Below, piece after piece: positions 25,901 through 38,100 of a DNA stretch of 64,000 nucleotides (positions within the stretch are counted from its first letter, which is position 1; each line of letters starts with the position of its first letter). The notes beneath the pieces are model-generated. The model was not told the DNA's origin. It did no database searches and saw only the letters and a list, made by a program, of their open reading frames with translations. The DNA is from Macrostomum lignano (taxonomy: Eukaryota). The stretch covers positions 1 through 64,000 of the forward strand of contig NIVC01000906.1 in assembly GCA_002269645.1 (NCBI GenBank). Direction: 5' to 3'. A program made the translations under genes and the position numbers.

Positions 25901-26029
25901 ACTCGCACTTGTATTTTGCACCTCAAAACCAACTACTGTACAAGGCTAGATTACTAATTCTATTGTATTAAGGCAGTAAAAGCACTTAATTTTGGTAAGC
26001 AAATTCATTTAGATAAAGTTATGTTGATT

Positions 26030-27500
26030 TAAGTTTATGTTGATATAATTAAACAGAGATTCATTGTCAAATAAATTCCAACTTGTTTCAACCCCCCCCC
26101 CCCTATTAGAATTGGAATTTATCAACACAATCTTGAATAGGTCTCTATGCCTCTATTCAAGTTTATGTTGATAAAATCAATCCCCATGAAGAATCTCCCT
26201 ACCCTAAAACCCCCCATTCCCCATGCCCCGGTGGTTGGTTTTAAGCTACAACCCCCCCCCCCCTATTAGAATTGGAATTTATCAGCACAATCTTGAATAG
26301 GTCTCTGTGCCTCTATTCAAGTTTATGTTGATAAAATCAATCCCCATGAAGAATCTCCCTACCTTAAAACCCCCCATTCCCCATGCCCCGGTGGTTGGTT
26401 TTAAGCTACAACCCCCCCCCCTATTAGAATTGGAATTTATTAGCACAATCTTGAATAGGTCTCTATGCCTCTATTCAAGTTTATGTTGATAAAATCAATC
26501 CTCATGAAGAATCTTTCTACCTTAAAACCCCCCATTCCCCATGCCTCGGTGGTTGGTTTTAAGCTATAACCCTCCTCTCCCCTTGTTAGAATTGGAATTT
26601 ATCAGCACAATCTTGAATAGGTCTCTATGCCTCTATTCAAGTTTATGTTGATAAAATCAATCCCCATGAAGAATCTTTCTACCTTAAAACCCCCTATTCC
26701 CCATGCCTCGGGGGTTGGTTTTAAGCTATAACCTTCCTCTCCCCTTGTTAGAATTGGAATTTATCAGCACAATCTTGAATAGGTCTCTATGCCTCTATTC
26801 AAGTTTATGTTGATAAAATCAATCCCCATGAAGAATCTCCCTACCTTAAACCCATAGTTGGGAAGGTGGCACAGTGTGCGCCGGAACTATTTTGATGGCT
26901 TTTGAGCACTGTGCGCCGTGCGCCATGAAGAAGAGATTTTGTGCGCCGCAGCGCACCATGATAAGGTAAGTCTAAGGTAAGGTAAGGTAAGGTAAGGTAT
27001 TTATTCTACCGTAAGGAATTTACAGTAGACAAATTTGAATTTCATTTACGTATTTTATATTGTGATTTACGTAATTTACGTAATTTTATTTTACGAATTA
27101 TGGAATTAGGCCTGACACTATATATTTTGCAAAGTATAACAAAATGTAACTATATATTTTTTCAGCACCATGCGCCATGTGCGCCGCTAGAGCATTTCCA
27201 ATTTTTCCTTGTACGCCGTGTGCGCCATGTGTGCCAAAAAAGGGCCAATTTGCGCCAGAAAATTCACCAAAAACTGCCACCTTCCCAGCTATGGCCCTAA
27301 ACCCCCCCATTCCCCATGCCCCGGTGGTTGGTTTTAAGCTACAACCCCCCCCCCCCTATTAGAATTGGAATTTATCAGCACAATCTTGAATAAGTCTCTA
27401 TGCCTCTATTCAAGTTTATGTTGATAAAATCAATCCCCATGAAGAATCTCTCTACCCTAAACCCCCCTATTCCCCACGCCCCGGTGGTTGGTTTTAAGCT
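26030..27500. repeat. Tandem repeat, about 160-bp unit, about 6 copies, interrupted by a MITE
   Basis: ctattagaattggaatttatc recurs at about 26103, 26263, 26422, 26583, 26745 and 27356. Each unit has an internal inverted ttgaatag...ctattcaa. Confidence 0.92.
26852..27294. mobile_element. MITE with 20-bp TIR (ccatagttgggaaggtggca) and an 8-bp TSD with one mismatch
   Basis: Left TIR ccatagttgggaaggtggca, right tgccaccttcccagctatgg. Flanks are ccttaaac and ccctaaac. Internal gtgcgcc repeats and a (taagg)n tract. Confidence 0.8.
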
Positions 27501-29178
27501 ACATATAATTGGGTTAAAGCTACCTAAAAATGGAGCTCAAATTTGAAATCAGCACCATCAAAAACCTCTGTAGAGACAAAATTATGATCCTATCCAAATT
27601 GAAACTATTTTATCAACATAAACTTGAAGAAGTCCAACATAGGCCCTATTTACATGGAATCCTAATCATCCCAGTCATTTTGTCATCTCAATTGATAAAA
27701 CCTGCCGATTGATCGGTTCTGCTTTCCGCAGCTTATAGTTCATAAAGACAAAAATAGTTTACACTAACTCGAATCTCAAACAGATTGATTGGTTTGATGA
27801 CGAAGTATCCAGCATAACTAAATATTTGGTCACTTCGTCATATTATTTTTCAAAGCTACTTTGCTTCTGGTCACTTTGTCATCCGATATGACGAAATGGA
27901 ATATGACGATCTGACCAGTGACCAAACAAAATCGGTTCAGCCGTTTTTGCTAAAATCGATCGCAGACCTAGATACCTAGATAGATAGAAAGATACCGACA
28001 GACCATTTTTAGTATATGGACAAGCATAAAAACCTTAGTCTTAGAGATTTAGTATATTTAGAAATACGCCAATACTCAAAAGTAGACAATACTTTCTTTC
28101 TACAACCCCTGGTCTTGTTACCGTGATGTTTAAAAAGCTACTTAAAAAGATACTTACTGGTTCAGACGCCATTCTGTTTAGCAATGCAGGAGAACGGAAT
28201 GAATTGCTTTAATGCAAAGAAAACTTCAATACGCAATTCGCACAGTCCAGAACGGAAAAATAAATCAAAACAAAATGTTTTTTAAATATTTATTGTACGA
28301 TTCATTCAATCTTATGTTAGACCAATACTTAAAACAAAACTTATGAATGCACTTCAAAAGAAAAGTTAACTAAAACTTACTTCATCTCGAATTACAGTAA
28401 AAATTGTATTATTTATTAGGATTCTGCATTATACATTTCTTTTAAGCAATCGTTTGTCATAGACAATGCAAATTTCGCAAAAGAATACAGTGTTGTTCGG
28501 ACGTTGAGAGATGAAACTCAATTCAAGAGATGAAACTATCCAAAAATTGTTCGAGTAATAATGCAGATTATCCTCCTAATTTAAAATGTAAGTAAGTTTG
28601 TGAAAGGCCAATTGCGGGATGGATGTATATGTGACTGTACTTTTTGCCAAATTATTACGAATAGTAAGCGTTTGTTTACGTATATTCAATGACCAGTAAA
28701 GTACGCTGAAGCTTTATTGACACCCCAGGTACTTTTCAAAAAATCTTTTAGAATTATACATCTTTTAAGAGGTCTGAAGGATTCTGTATATGTAACATTG
28801 CTCCAGCCTTGGGACATACACACTATGTAACGTAATGGCCCGTCAAATGCGCATTTTGCGGAAAAAGTGTTTTTTAAAACTATTTTAATGGTTTATATCA
28901 TCAAACTTATTTTAATGCCGTTTGTTATTCAGATAACACTAGGAAATGTTTTAATTCCACTTTGATTTACTTTTTGTTTTTGGACGTACAGATTTAAAAT
29001 AACTATTTTTCTGCGAATTTTGTTGACCAGCTTTTCCTAATAATTAAGCGTGACTGTACAAATCGTCTATAAGAATTTTGGAAATTACAAAGAACAATCC
29101 GATCAAGATACGAGGCGATTGCTTGTCTGATTTTTAGTTTTGAATATTAAAAAAACTATTAACATTCAGTACAAGAAA

Positions 29179-32100
29179 ATGGAGGGAGCACCTCGAATTC
29201 CTATGTACTCCTTTCAGATAAAGACTTCATCACTTCCTATAGAAATAGATGTTCTCAAGTCAGTAAGTGCTGAAAATATTTTTTCTTGTCGCAGGCAATA
29301 GTGGACAAAAGTTTTAATATTTTAATACCTTGATAGTTTGTTTATTTGGATTGATTTCGTGTATACACATATTTGGTCTCAGTAATTTTATACATAGCAA
29401 TAGCATTACTGAAAAGTATAAGTAAGACCAAAAATGTGTAAATAATTGTAAATAATAAAGTGTTACATTTTTCAATCCAGAATATAAATGATCTTTTTAC
29501 ATTGTGACAAAAAAACCTTTTTAAAATTGCATAATACATTAATAGACCCTTATTACCAGATAATTTGGTTGCTTTTTATGCCTTTTTGGTGATACAATTT
29601 ATAGCAGAAAATTTATACATGAAAAGATTTGTTTTAATTCTCTTTTACAAGCTTGAAAAAAACTGGAAAGCTTGAAATTTGCACTTAGAAATGAACTTTT
29701 TTCATCTTTTTTCTATTTCACAATAACTTAGGCGTGATTCTATAAAGTGCACGCCTAGACTCCGGATGGTATACATGTACGCCGGAAAATTCCGGCGTAC
29801 AGAGGGACCTAGATTACACATTGGCGTACAACTTGGCGTACAAAGGCGCCTGGCGTGCCATCTTGGCATACAGCTTGGCGTATAGAGATTGCCGAGACCA
29901 GCAGGTGGGACCAAAAGTTCCGAGTCCCAACAATCAATCTACATAATTAGCATACAAAAATGATTAAGTTTGCATTTGGCATAGTTTCCATGTACATAGT
30001 TACAGTAGCTAAATTTTGATCAGAAAGAATGGCTGGCCCTTTACGAAAAAAACAGAAAACTAAATTTAAAAAACCGGGCTTAACCTTTCCAAGAAAGTAA
30101 AAGTAAAACAAAATTAGTTAAAATGAACTAGTTCTCTACAGTTTAGTAAAAAGATTTTCAGTTTTAACACATAGGTTGATCAAATATTAAAAGTTCTTAA
30201 GCTTTTAATATTAGTTGTAGTTTGTAATTTCTATTTTGGTATATTTTTGTATGCAATAAAAAGTTCGTTGGCGTACATTGGCGTGCATGAGCTACGGAAG
30301 CAATTTTCGTTCCGGCGTACAGCGGTACACGATCCTGACCCTGGGTGCACGCTAGGTGTGCACGGATACTATTTTCTTAGGAGTGATGCATGCCAACTGT
30401 GCATGCCTAATTTTGGGGCGTGCAAGGCCAATGCATGTCCAAATTTTTAGGTGTATACTACATGATCTGGAGTGTGGCTCATAGAATAATGTGGAATAGT
30501 TATTGTGAAGTAGAAAAAAAGATAAAAAAATTTCATTTTGAAATGGAAATTACAAGCTTTCTAGGTTTTTTAAAGTTTGCAATAAGGCTTTTAAATAAAT
30601 CTTTGTGTGTATTGATTTTCTACTGTAGATAGTATTGTCAAAAAATCAGAAATATCAACCAAATTATTTGCCAAAAGGGTCCATTATGCTATTAAAAAGG
30701 TCATTTATTGTTATAACAAAAAGGTCATTTATTGTCATACTATAAAAAAAGTCATTTATTATCACTATTGCAATAGTAACATAGTTTTAAGAATAGGCAT
30801 ACACTCAATTTTTTGGGTATACATCCAGCATCATCCAGACTAAAGAATATTTTTATTGATAATATTTAATAAAACGAAATAACTTATTTTTAAGATTTGC
30901 TGCATTCTTAAATAATACTGTATTAATGCTAATACAATTTTAGTGTATAGATAAAAAAGTATTGTTTTAATTAAATAATAAATCTTCATCTTTTATATTT
31001 CCTTTTAGTACTTGGAAAGTGAATATGGTGAATCAGCTAGTGCATATGACTCTGAGTTTAAAGCTTTATTAGATTTGAGAAAGGTAAGTTTTTATACTTT
31101 ATCACTTTACTTACTTTCATGCAGAAACTGCAAAATTTAATTTTAGCTATCCAAACAGGTGGTAGTTGCTAAAAGTCAGGTCTAGATAATAGGGTGGGTA
31201 TGGGATCAGCTGCCATGTCATCTATTAAATTTTGGCCAGATAAACATGCTATATGGAATAGTCTTTATGCATTGTCCTAAAGGAGTATAGATAATAACTA
31301 TAACTATTTTACCAGAATGCATAGACAGCAATGTCAGTGATATTTGTCTTTGGAAAGCAAAAGTTAGTATAGATGATTCCCTGATAATCCAAAATATAGT
31401 GAGTTAAAACTTGCTAATTGAGAAGCCTAACTTGGTATAGACTATTGCATACATGCGCAACTGCTGGCCAACCTGGCCGATCCGGCCACCGTAAATCGTG
31501 GCTGACCAGGGGTAAGTCGCAAAATTGAGTCAACCAAAAACAGAAAAACACAAGAACCAAGAAAGGCAAGAGGAAAGCGAAAAAAGAGCAGTTCAGGGAA
31601 AATGGTGAAGCAAAAGAAAAACAATTCGCAAAAGAAGCAAACTAAGTTGTAAAAATAATCAGGTAAGTCGCAAAAAGGATCAGGTAAGTCGCAAAAGGGT
31701 TAGGTAAGTCGCAAAAGGATTAGGTAAGTCGCAAAAGGATTAGGTAAGTCGCAAAAGGATTAGGTAAGTCGCAAAAGGGTTAGGTAAGTCGCAAAAGGGT
31801 TAGGTAAGTCGCAAAAGGGTTAGGTAAGTCGCAAAAAGGGTTAGGTAAGTCGCAAAAGGGTTAGGTAAGTCGCAAAAAGGATTAGGTAAGTCGCAAAAGG
31901 GTTAGGTAAGTCGCAAAAAGGATTAGGTAAGTCGCAAAAGGATTAGGTAAGTCGCAAAAGGATCAGGTAAGTCGCAAAAGGATTAGGTAAGTCGCAAAAG
32001 GATCAGGTAAGTCGCAAAAGGATTAGGTAAGTCGCAAAAGGGTTAGGTAAGTCGCAAAAAGGATTAGGTAAGTCGCAAAAGGATTAGGTAAGTCGCAAAA

Positions 32101-35100
32101 GGGTTAGGTAAGTCGCAAAAGGGTTAGGTAAGTCGCAAAAAGGATTAGGTAAGTCGCAAAAAGGATTAGGTAAGTCGCAAAAAGGATTAAGTAAGTCGCA
32201 AAAGGGTTAGGTAAGTCGCAAAAAGGATTAGGTAAGTCGCAAAAGGATTAGGTAAGTCGCAAAAGGATCAGGTAAGTCGCAAAAGGATTAGGTAAGTCGC
32301 AAAAGGATCAGGTAAGTCGCAAAAGGATTAGGTAAGTCGCAAAAGGATCAGGTAAGTCGCAAAAAGGATTAGGTAAGTCGCAAAAAGGATTAGGTAAGTC
32401 GCAAAAAGGATTAAGTAAGTCGCAAAAAGGATTAGGTAAGTCGCCAAAGGGTTAGGTAAGTCGCAAAAGGGTTAGGTAAGTCGCAAAAGGATTAGGTAAG
32501 TCGCAAAAAGGATTAAGTAAGTCGCAAAAAGGATTAGGTAAGTCGCAAAAAGGATTAGGTAAGTCGCAAAAAGAAGCAACTAAGTCGCAATAAGAGGGAA
32601 GTAAGTCACAATCAGAGGCAATCAGGGGGTAGTAGGTGCAAGTGTGGCAGGAGAGCAAAAACAGAATAGAAGCCTTCAACAACAGACAAGATCTTTGAAA
32701 TCAGAAGCCCGCGTCAACAGTTTCCCATTGATTTCTTAAACTCTGGAGCAGGGGTTGGCAAACTCCGGCTCGCGAAGCCCCTCTATCTGGCCCTCGCCCC
32801 TCGGGTTCTTTGAAACTTCCTAACTACGAGGGGCGTCCGGAAAGTAGTGTTACTTTTGCTTGGTGTGGACGTGTGGACGGTCACACTTGCATGTGCTTGG
32901 TGTCATTTGAAAGCGGCAAGTCTCTTCTTTAGAATGACACCAATTGCAAGAGATTTGAATCTGTGCTTCAAGAGATATGGACGATTAAGTAGAGAAAGGT
33001 CAGTCATAGACTTACAGAACCTCAAAAATGTCAACAGAAAACTTTTACGATTTTATCGATTTTTTCGTAATCATGGGCTGTCTATGGCCAAATGTGATGC
33101 AGTGAACGAGAGGGGCTGTCTCATAAAACTACGAGACTTGTAAAACTGCTTCTGCTGCGCCTGCAAAGTTTATTGACATTCAATTTTCAATTGTGAACTG
33201 CAAATGGATGTGCATTCAAAGACTGGGCAGCGACATGCCATCTTTACACTTTGGAGCTCCGGAACCAAATCGGCTGACATCCACAGGCAACTCTGCACAG
33301 CTCATGGCGACCATGCTGTCAGCAAGATGACAAGTCTGCCAACCGATGAATGATTTTAATGTTGTTCGCTTGTGTGATAATTTGCTTGTTATCTGTTTCA
33401 CCTGCTTCTGTACTGTACTGTTGTGTTTTTTGTTTTTTCTGGAGTAATTACGCTCGTGATAAAAGTTTTCTGTTGACATTTTTGAGGTTCTGTAAGTCTA
33501 TGACTGACCTTTCTCTACTTAATCGTCCATATCTCTTGAAGCACAGATTCAAATCTCTTGCAATTGGTGTCATTTTGAAGAGGAGACTTGCCGCTTTCAA
33601 ATGACACCAAGCACATGCAAGTGTGACTGTCCATACGTCCACACCAAGCAAAAGTAACACTACTTTCTTAAGGTTGGTAACATTACTTAGGTTGGTGTCT
33701 CTTCAACTCTCATCTCTCTCTTCTTCTCTACCTTGCCTCCCCTCTTCTCTCTCTCCCCCTTTTCCCTCTTCTCTCTCCTCTCTTCTCCTCCTTTCTCTCT
33801 ACCCTTTCTCCTCAATGCCCTCTTCTCTCCTCTTATCTTCAGCAAAAATATGTGCATATTTTCTTACTTCAAAGTAGAGGGAATAGAAGATTAGAGATAA
33901 GCAAACAGAGGAGAGGCGAGCGATGCGATGGGAGAAAAGATAGAAGAGGAGAGAAAAGCTGAGGGAGGAAAAAGAGATGAGAGAGAAGAGGAGATGAGAG
34001 GAAAGAGGAAAGAAAAGATGATGGATGAGATCAGAAGAGAGGAAAGAGGAAAGAGAAGAAAGTAGATGAGAGAAGAGAGGATAAAGAGGAGATGAGAGGA
34101 GAGTGAAGAGAGGAGAGATGAGAGAGTAGAAAAGAGAGGAGAGATAAGATGAGAGAGTAGAGTGGAGAGAGACGAGAGGGAAGATAAGATGAGAGAGTAG
34201 AGTGGAGTGGAGAGAGACGAGAGGAGAGATAAGAATGTAGAGAGGAGACAGAAGAGATAGGAGAGGAGAGAGGAGAGGAAAGAGAGAAGGGATAAGGGAT
34301 GAGAGAGAAAAGAAAAAGAGGATGAGAAGATTGAGGAATGGAGAGAATTTGCAAAGGCCTCAAATCTTAGTTTAACATGCATTGCTCCCATCTTTGCCTT
34401 TTTCCTAACTGTTAACAAGTTTTTGTTTGAGCATGACTTCAAATTTAGAATCTATGCAAAAATAGTTCCGGGAATTGGAATTCAGTGGTTTCAAAATCTG
34501 TGGGTTTTCACAGCTTGTATCTCTACTGGATTCGTATTCTGCATCTGATGAGCCATCTGAATCAGGGCTCTCATCTTCCATGCCAAATCGTTCTTGAGCT
34601 ATAGGTCACACTGTATTCACTTCACTTACTTCTGGACATTCATGAATCATGACTTTTGTAGTATGCTCACTACACTGTACTGACAATTTACTAATTGCTT
34701 CATGCCGCCACTAGATGACATACTGATTAGCTGTTATAAAAACGCCGAATCTGCACGCAGCACTAATTAGCTGGCGAGGCATTTAGCTTTTAAAATATGG
34801 TCATAGTTACTCCTGCCGTTTACCTAAAGTTTTTGCTAGGCTCTTTCATAGGTAAGTCGCATTTTTTATCGAAAACTAAGTCGCACGGCCAGCGTAATTT
34901 CAGAAGTTGCGCATGTATGGACTATTGTGGTTTATCAGGACCTACCTAATGCATACATTGGTGCTTAGTCTTAGGTAGGAAGTATGACAGAGGTATTTTA
35001 TCAATGGTTATGGTGTAATGGTCACTCAAGGACTATTGATTGATGTACATAGGTGCACCTGCTACCCTTATTCCTTTCTGCTTGGCTATTAGCAATATTG

Positions 35101-38100
35101 AGACCCAATGGGAGATCTAAGCTTCTTTAGCCATAGATTCTTGAGGAAAATCTTCTCTAAAGAGCCATGAGAGATACCTGTGGATACCTAAATTTCATTA
35201 AATGTGAGCTATTAGTCCTTGTCCAAGTAGGTCTGTATATGCTATATATAGTCTATTAAAATATTCTTCTATAAGCTGTTGTCACTTGCCATAGTATAGT
35301 CAATAGACTCCCACTGTGTGTATCATCTTTGAGATCATATTGCCTAGCAGCAGTGGGTGATCCACCTACTCACTATAGATCTGTCAAGAGCCAAGTCATC
35401 ATAGTGTGCCTGTAAATAGTTGGCAGCCTCAGTCAGTAATGATCCTTCTATATATCAAATAAGCATAAATTTCAATCCTTATTCAATATTTTTAGAGTGC
35501 ATTAGAATCACCACAGGATTTAGGTGGTCTTAGTCTATTAAAGAAGTATTATGGCCAGCTGCAACTATTAAAGTCAAGATTCCCAATGGAAGAATGTGAG
35601 CCATGTGCACTACCTGTGTCTTGGTAAGTTTAATAGTTTTTATTTTTTATTAATAACGAATTTTCAGATAGTAATATAATCACTTACAGGGAGACACTGC
35701 AACACTTACAGGGAGACACTGCATCGTTTACAGGGAGACACTGCATCACTTTACAGGCTGCATCACTTACAGGGAGACACTGCATCACTTACAGGCTGCA
35801 TCACTTACAGGGAGACACTGCATCACTTACAGGGAGACACTGCATCACTTACAGACAGGGAGACACTGATCACTTACAGGGAGACACTGATCACTTACAG
35901 GGAGACACTGATCACTTACAGACAGGGAGACACTGATCACTTACAGGGAGACACTGATCACTTACAGGGAGACACTGATCACTTACAGGGAGACACTGCA
36001 TCACTTACAGGGAGACACTGATCACTTACAGGGAGACACTGATCACTTACAGGGAGACACTGATCACTTACACACTGCATCACTTACAGGGAGACACTGA
36101 TCACTTACAGGGAGACACTGATCACTTACAGGGAGACACTGCATCACTTACAGGGAAACACTGATCACTTACAGGCTGCATCACTTACAGGGAAACACTG
36201 ATCACTTACAGGGAGACACTGCATCACTTACAGGGAGACACTGCATCACTTACAGGGAGACACTGCATCACTTACAGGGAGACACTGAATCACTTACAGG
36301 GTGCCACTAGATAACGTACAGTGTACCACTGGATAACTCCAAGAGTCAGCGATCTTCAGAGCCTGACTTATTTATTAACATTATGAAATGCTCAGGGACG
36401 ATCTGTACATAGACGATGTGGTGACGCACTCGGACATTCGATTTGAGGAGGCTGCGGTGCTGTACAACATCGGCTCTATGGAGAGCGTACTCGGCTGCAA
36501 GCAGGCCCGTTCAGACGCCGAGGGCATCAAAGCGGCCTGCACGCATTTCATGTCTGCGGCTTGGTGCTTTCAACGGGTTAGCGAAGTGTTCTCCGGTGCT
36601 GTGGCGCCGGATTTAGAGTCTGAACTGATGCGGCTGAAGGCTCAAATGATGCTGGCCCAAGCGCAGGAGTGCGTGTTTAGAAAGTCTCAATTGGATGGCA
36701 GAAAGAGCGGCATCAATGCTAGGATTGCCCAGCAACTGGTGGACTTCTATGGCCAGCTGGGGTCCATGTTGTCTTCGGCTGGCACTGTTGCGAAGGTGAC
36801 TGGATTTAGGGGATTGTTTGGGTGTTTATGTTGGGGATTTTTTGGAAAGTTTATATTGGGGATTTTTTGGGAAGTTTATATTGGGAATTTTTTGGGAAGT
36901 TTATATTGGGGATTTTTTGGGAAGTTTATATTGGGGATTTTTAAGAAGTTTATATTGGGGATTTTTAAGAAGTTTATATTGGGGATTTTTTGGGAAGTTT
37001 ATATTGGGGATTGTTTGGGTGTTTATATTGGGGATTGTTTGGGAAGTTTATATTAGGGATTTTTTAAGAAGTTTAAATTGGGGATTGTTTGGGAAGTTTA
37101 TATTGGGGATTTTTTAAGAAGTTTAAATTGGGGATTTTTTGGGAAGTTTATATTGGGGATTTTTTAAGAAGTTTAAATTGGGGATTGTTTGGGAAGTTTA
37201 TATTGGGGATTTTTTAAGAAGTTTAAATTGGGGATTTTTTGGGAAGTTAATATTGGGGAATTCGGGAAGTTTATATTTTATATTTTCTGGGAGCTTTTGT
37301 TGGGGATTTTTTGGGAGCTATTGCAATATTCGGGACAAGTTGTTTTATTTCCGCAAAAAACCCGACTCCTCACTAGCAGGTGATTCCTGGCCGGACCCGA
37401 AAGCACTATTCGGGAATATTCGCAGTCAAGCGCAGTTTCTACGAATCCCAGGTGGCTTATTACTCTGCTCAAACTGCCGAGGACACTGGCGAGTACGGCC
37501 TCCGCCTGGCTTGGCTTCTCAAAGCTCGCGAATCACTTCAAGCGGCCATCGCAGCTAACAAAGACTTGAAAGACTCCGAGATGCGGGAGACTCTGAACTT
37601 TGTCCAAGATGTCATCGTTGGCAAGCATGAGAGCGCCGAGAAGGACAATAATCTCATTTACCATGCTCAGGTGAGACCGCCCGCTGCTCCAGTTTTATGA
37701 GATTCCTTGATTCCCAATCCTGATTTCTCTGACCCCAAACCGGCTTTCTCAGATCCCAATCCCGATGTCTCAGATCCTAATCCCGACTTCTCAGATCCCG
37801 ATCCCGACATCTTAGATCCCAATCCCGATTTCTCAAATCCCAATCCAGGTTTCTTAAATCCCAATCCCGATTTCTCAAATCCCAATCCCGATTTCTCAGA
37901 TCCCAATCCCAACTTTTCATATCCTAATCCCGATTTCTCGGATCCCAATCCCGGTTTCTCACATTCCAATCCCGATTTCTTAGATCCCAATCCCGATTTC
38001 TTAGATCCCAATCCGGATTTCTCAAATCCCAATTTCAATTTCTCAAATCCCAATTTCGATTTCTCAAATCCCAATTTCAATTTCTCAATTCCCAATCTCG

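Larger units (their letters stand above)
31448..34919. mobile_element. 3.47 kb non-autonomous hAT-like DNA transposon in PTPN23 intron 2
   Basis: Perfect 14-bp TIRs (CATACATGCGCAAC ... GTTGCGCATGTATG) and a perfect 8-bp TSD GACTATTG at 31440-31447 and 34920-34927. No transposase ORF seen. Confidence 0.88.
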
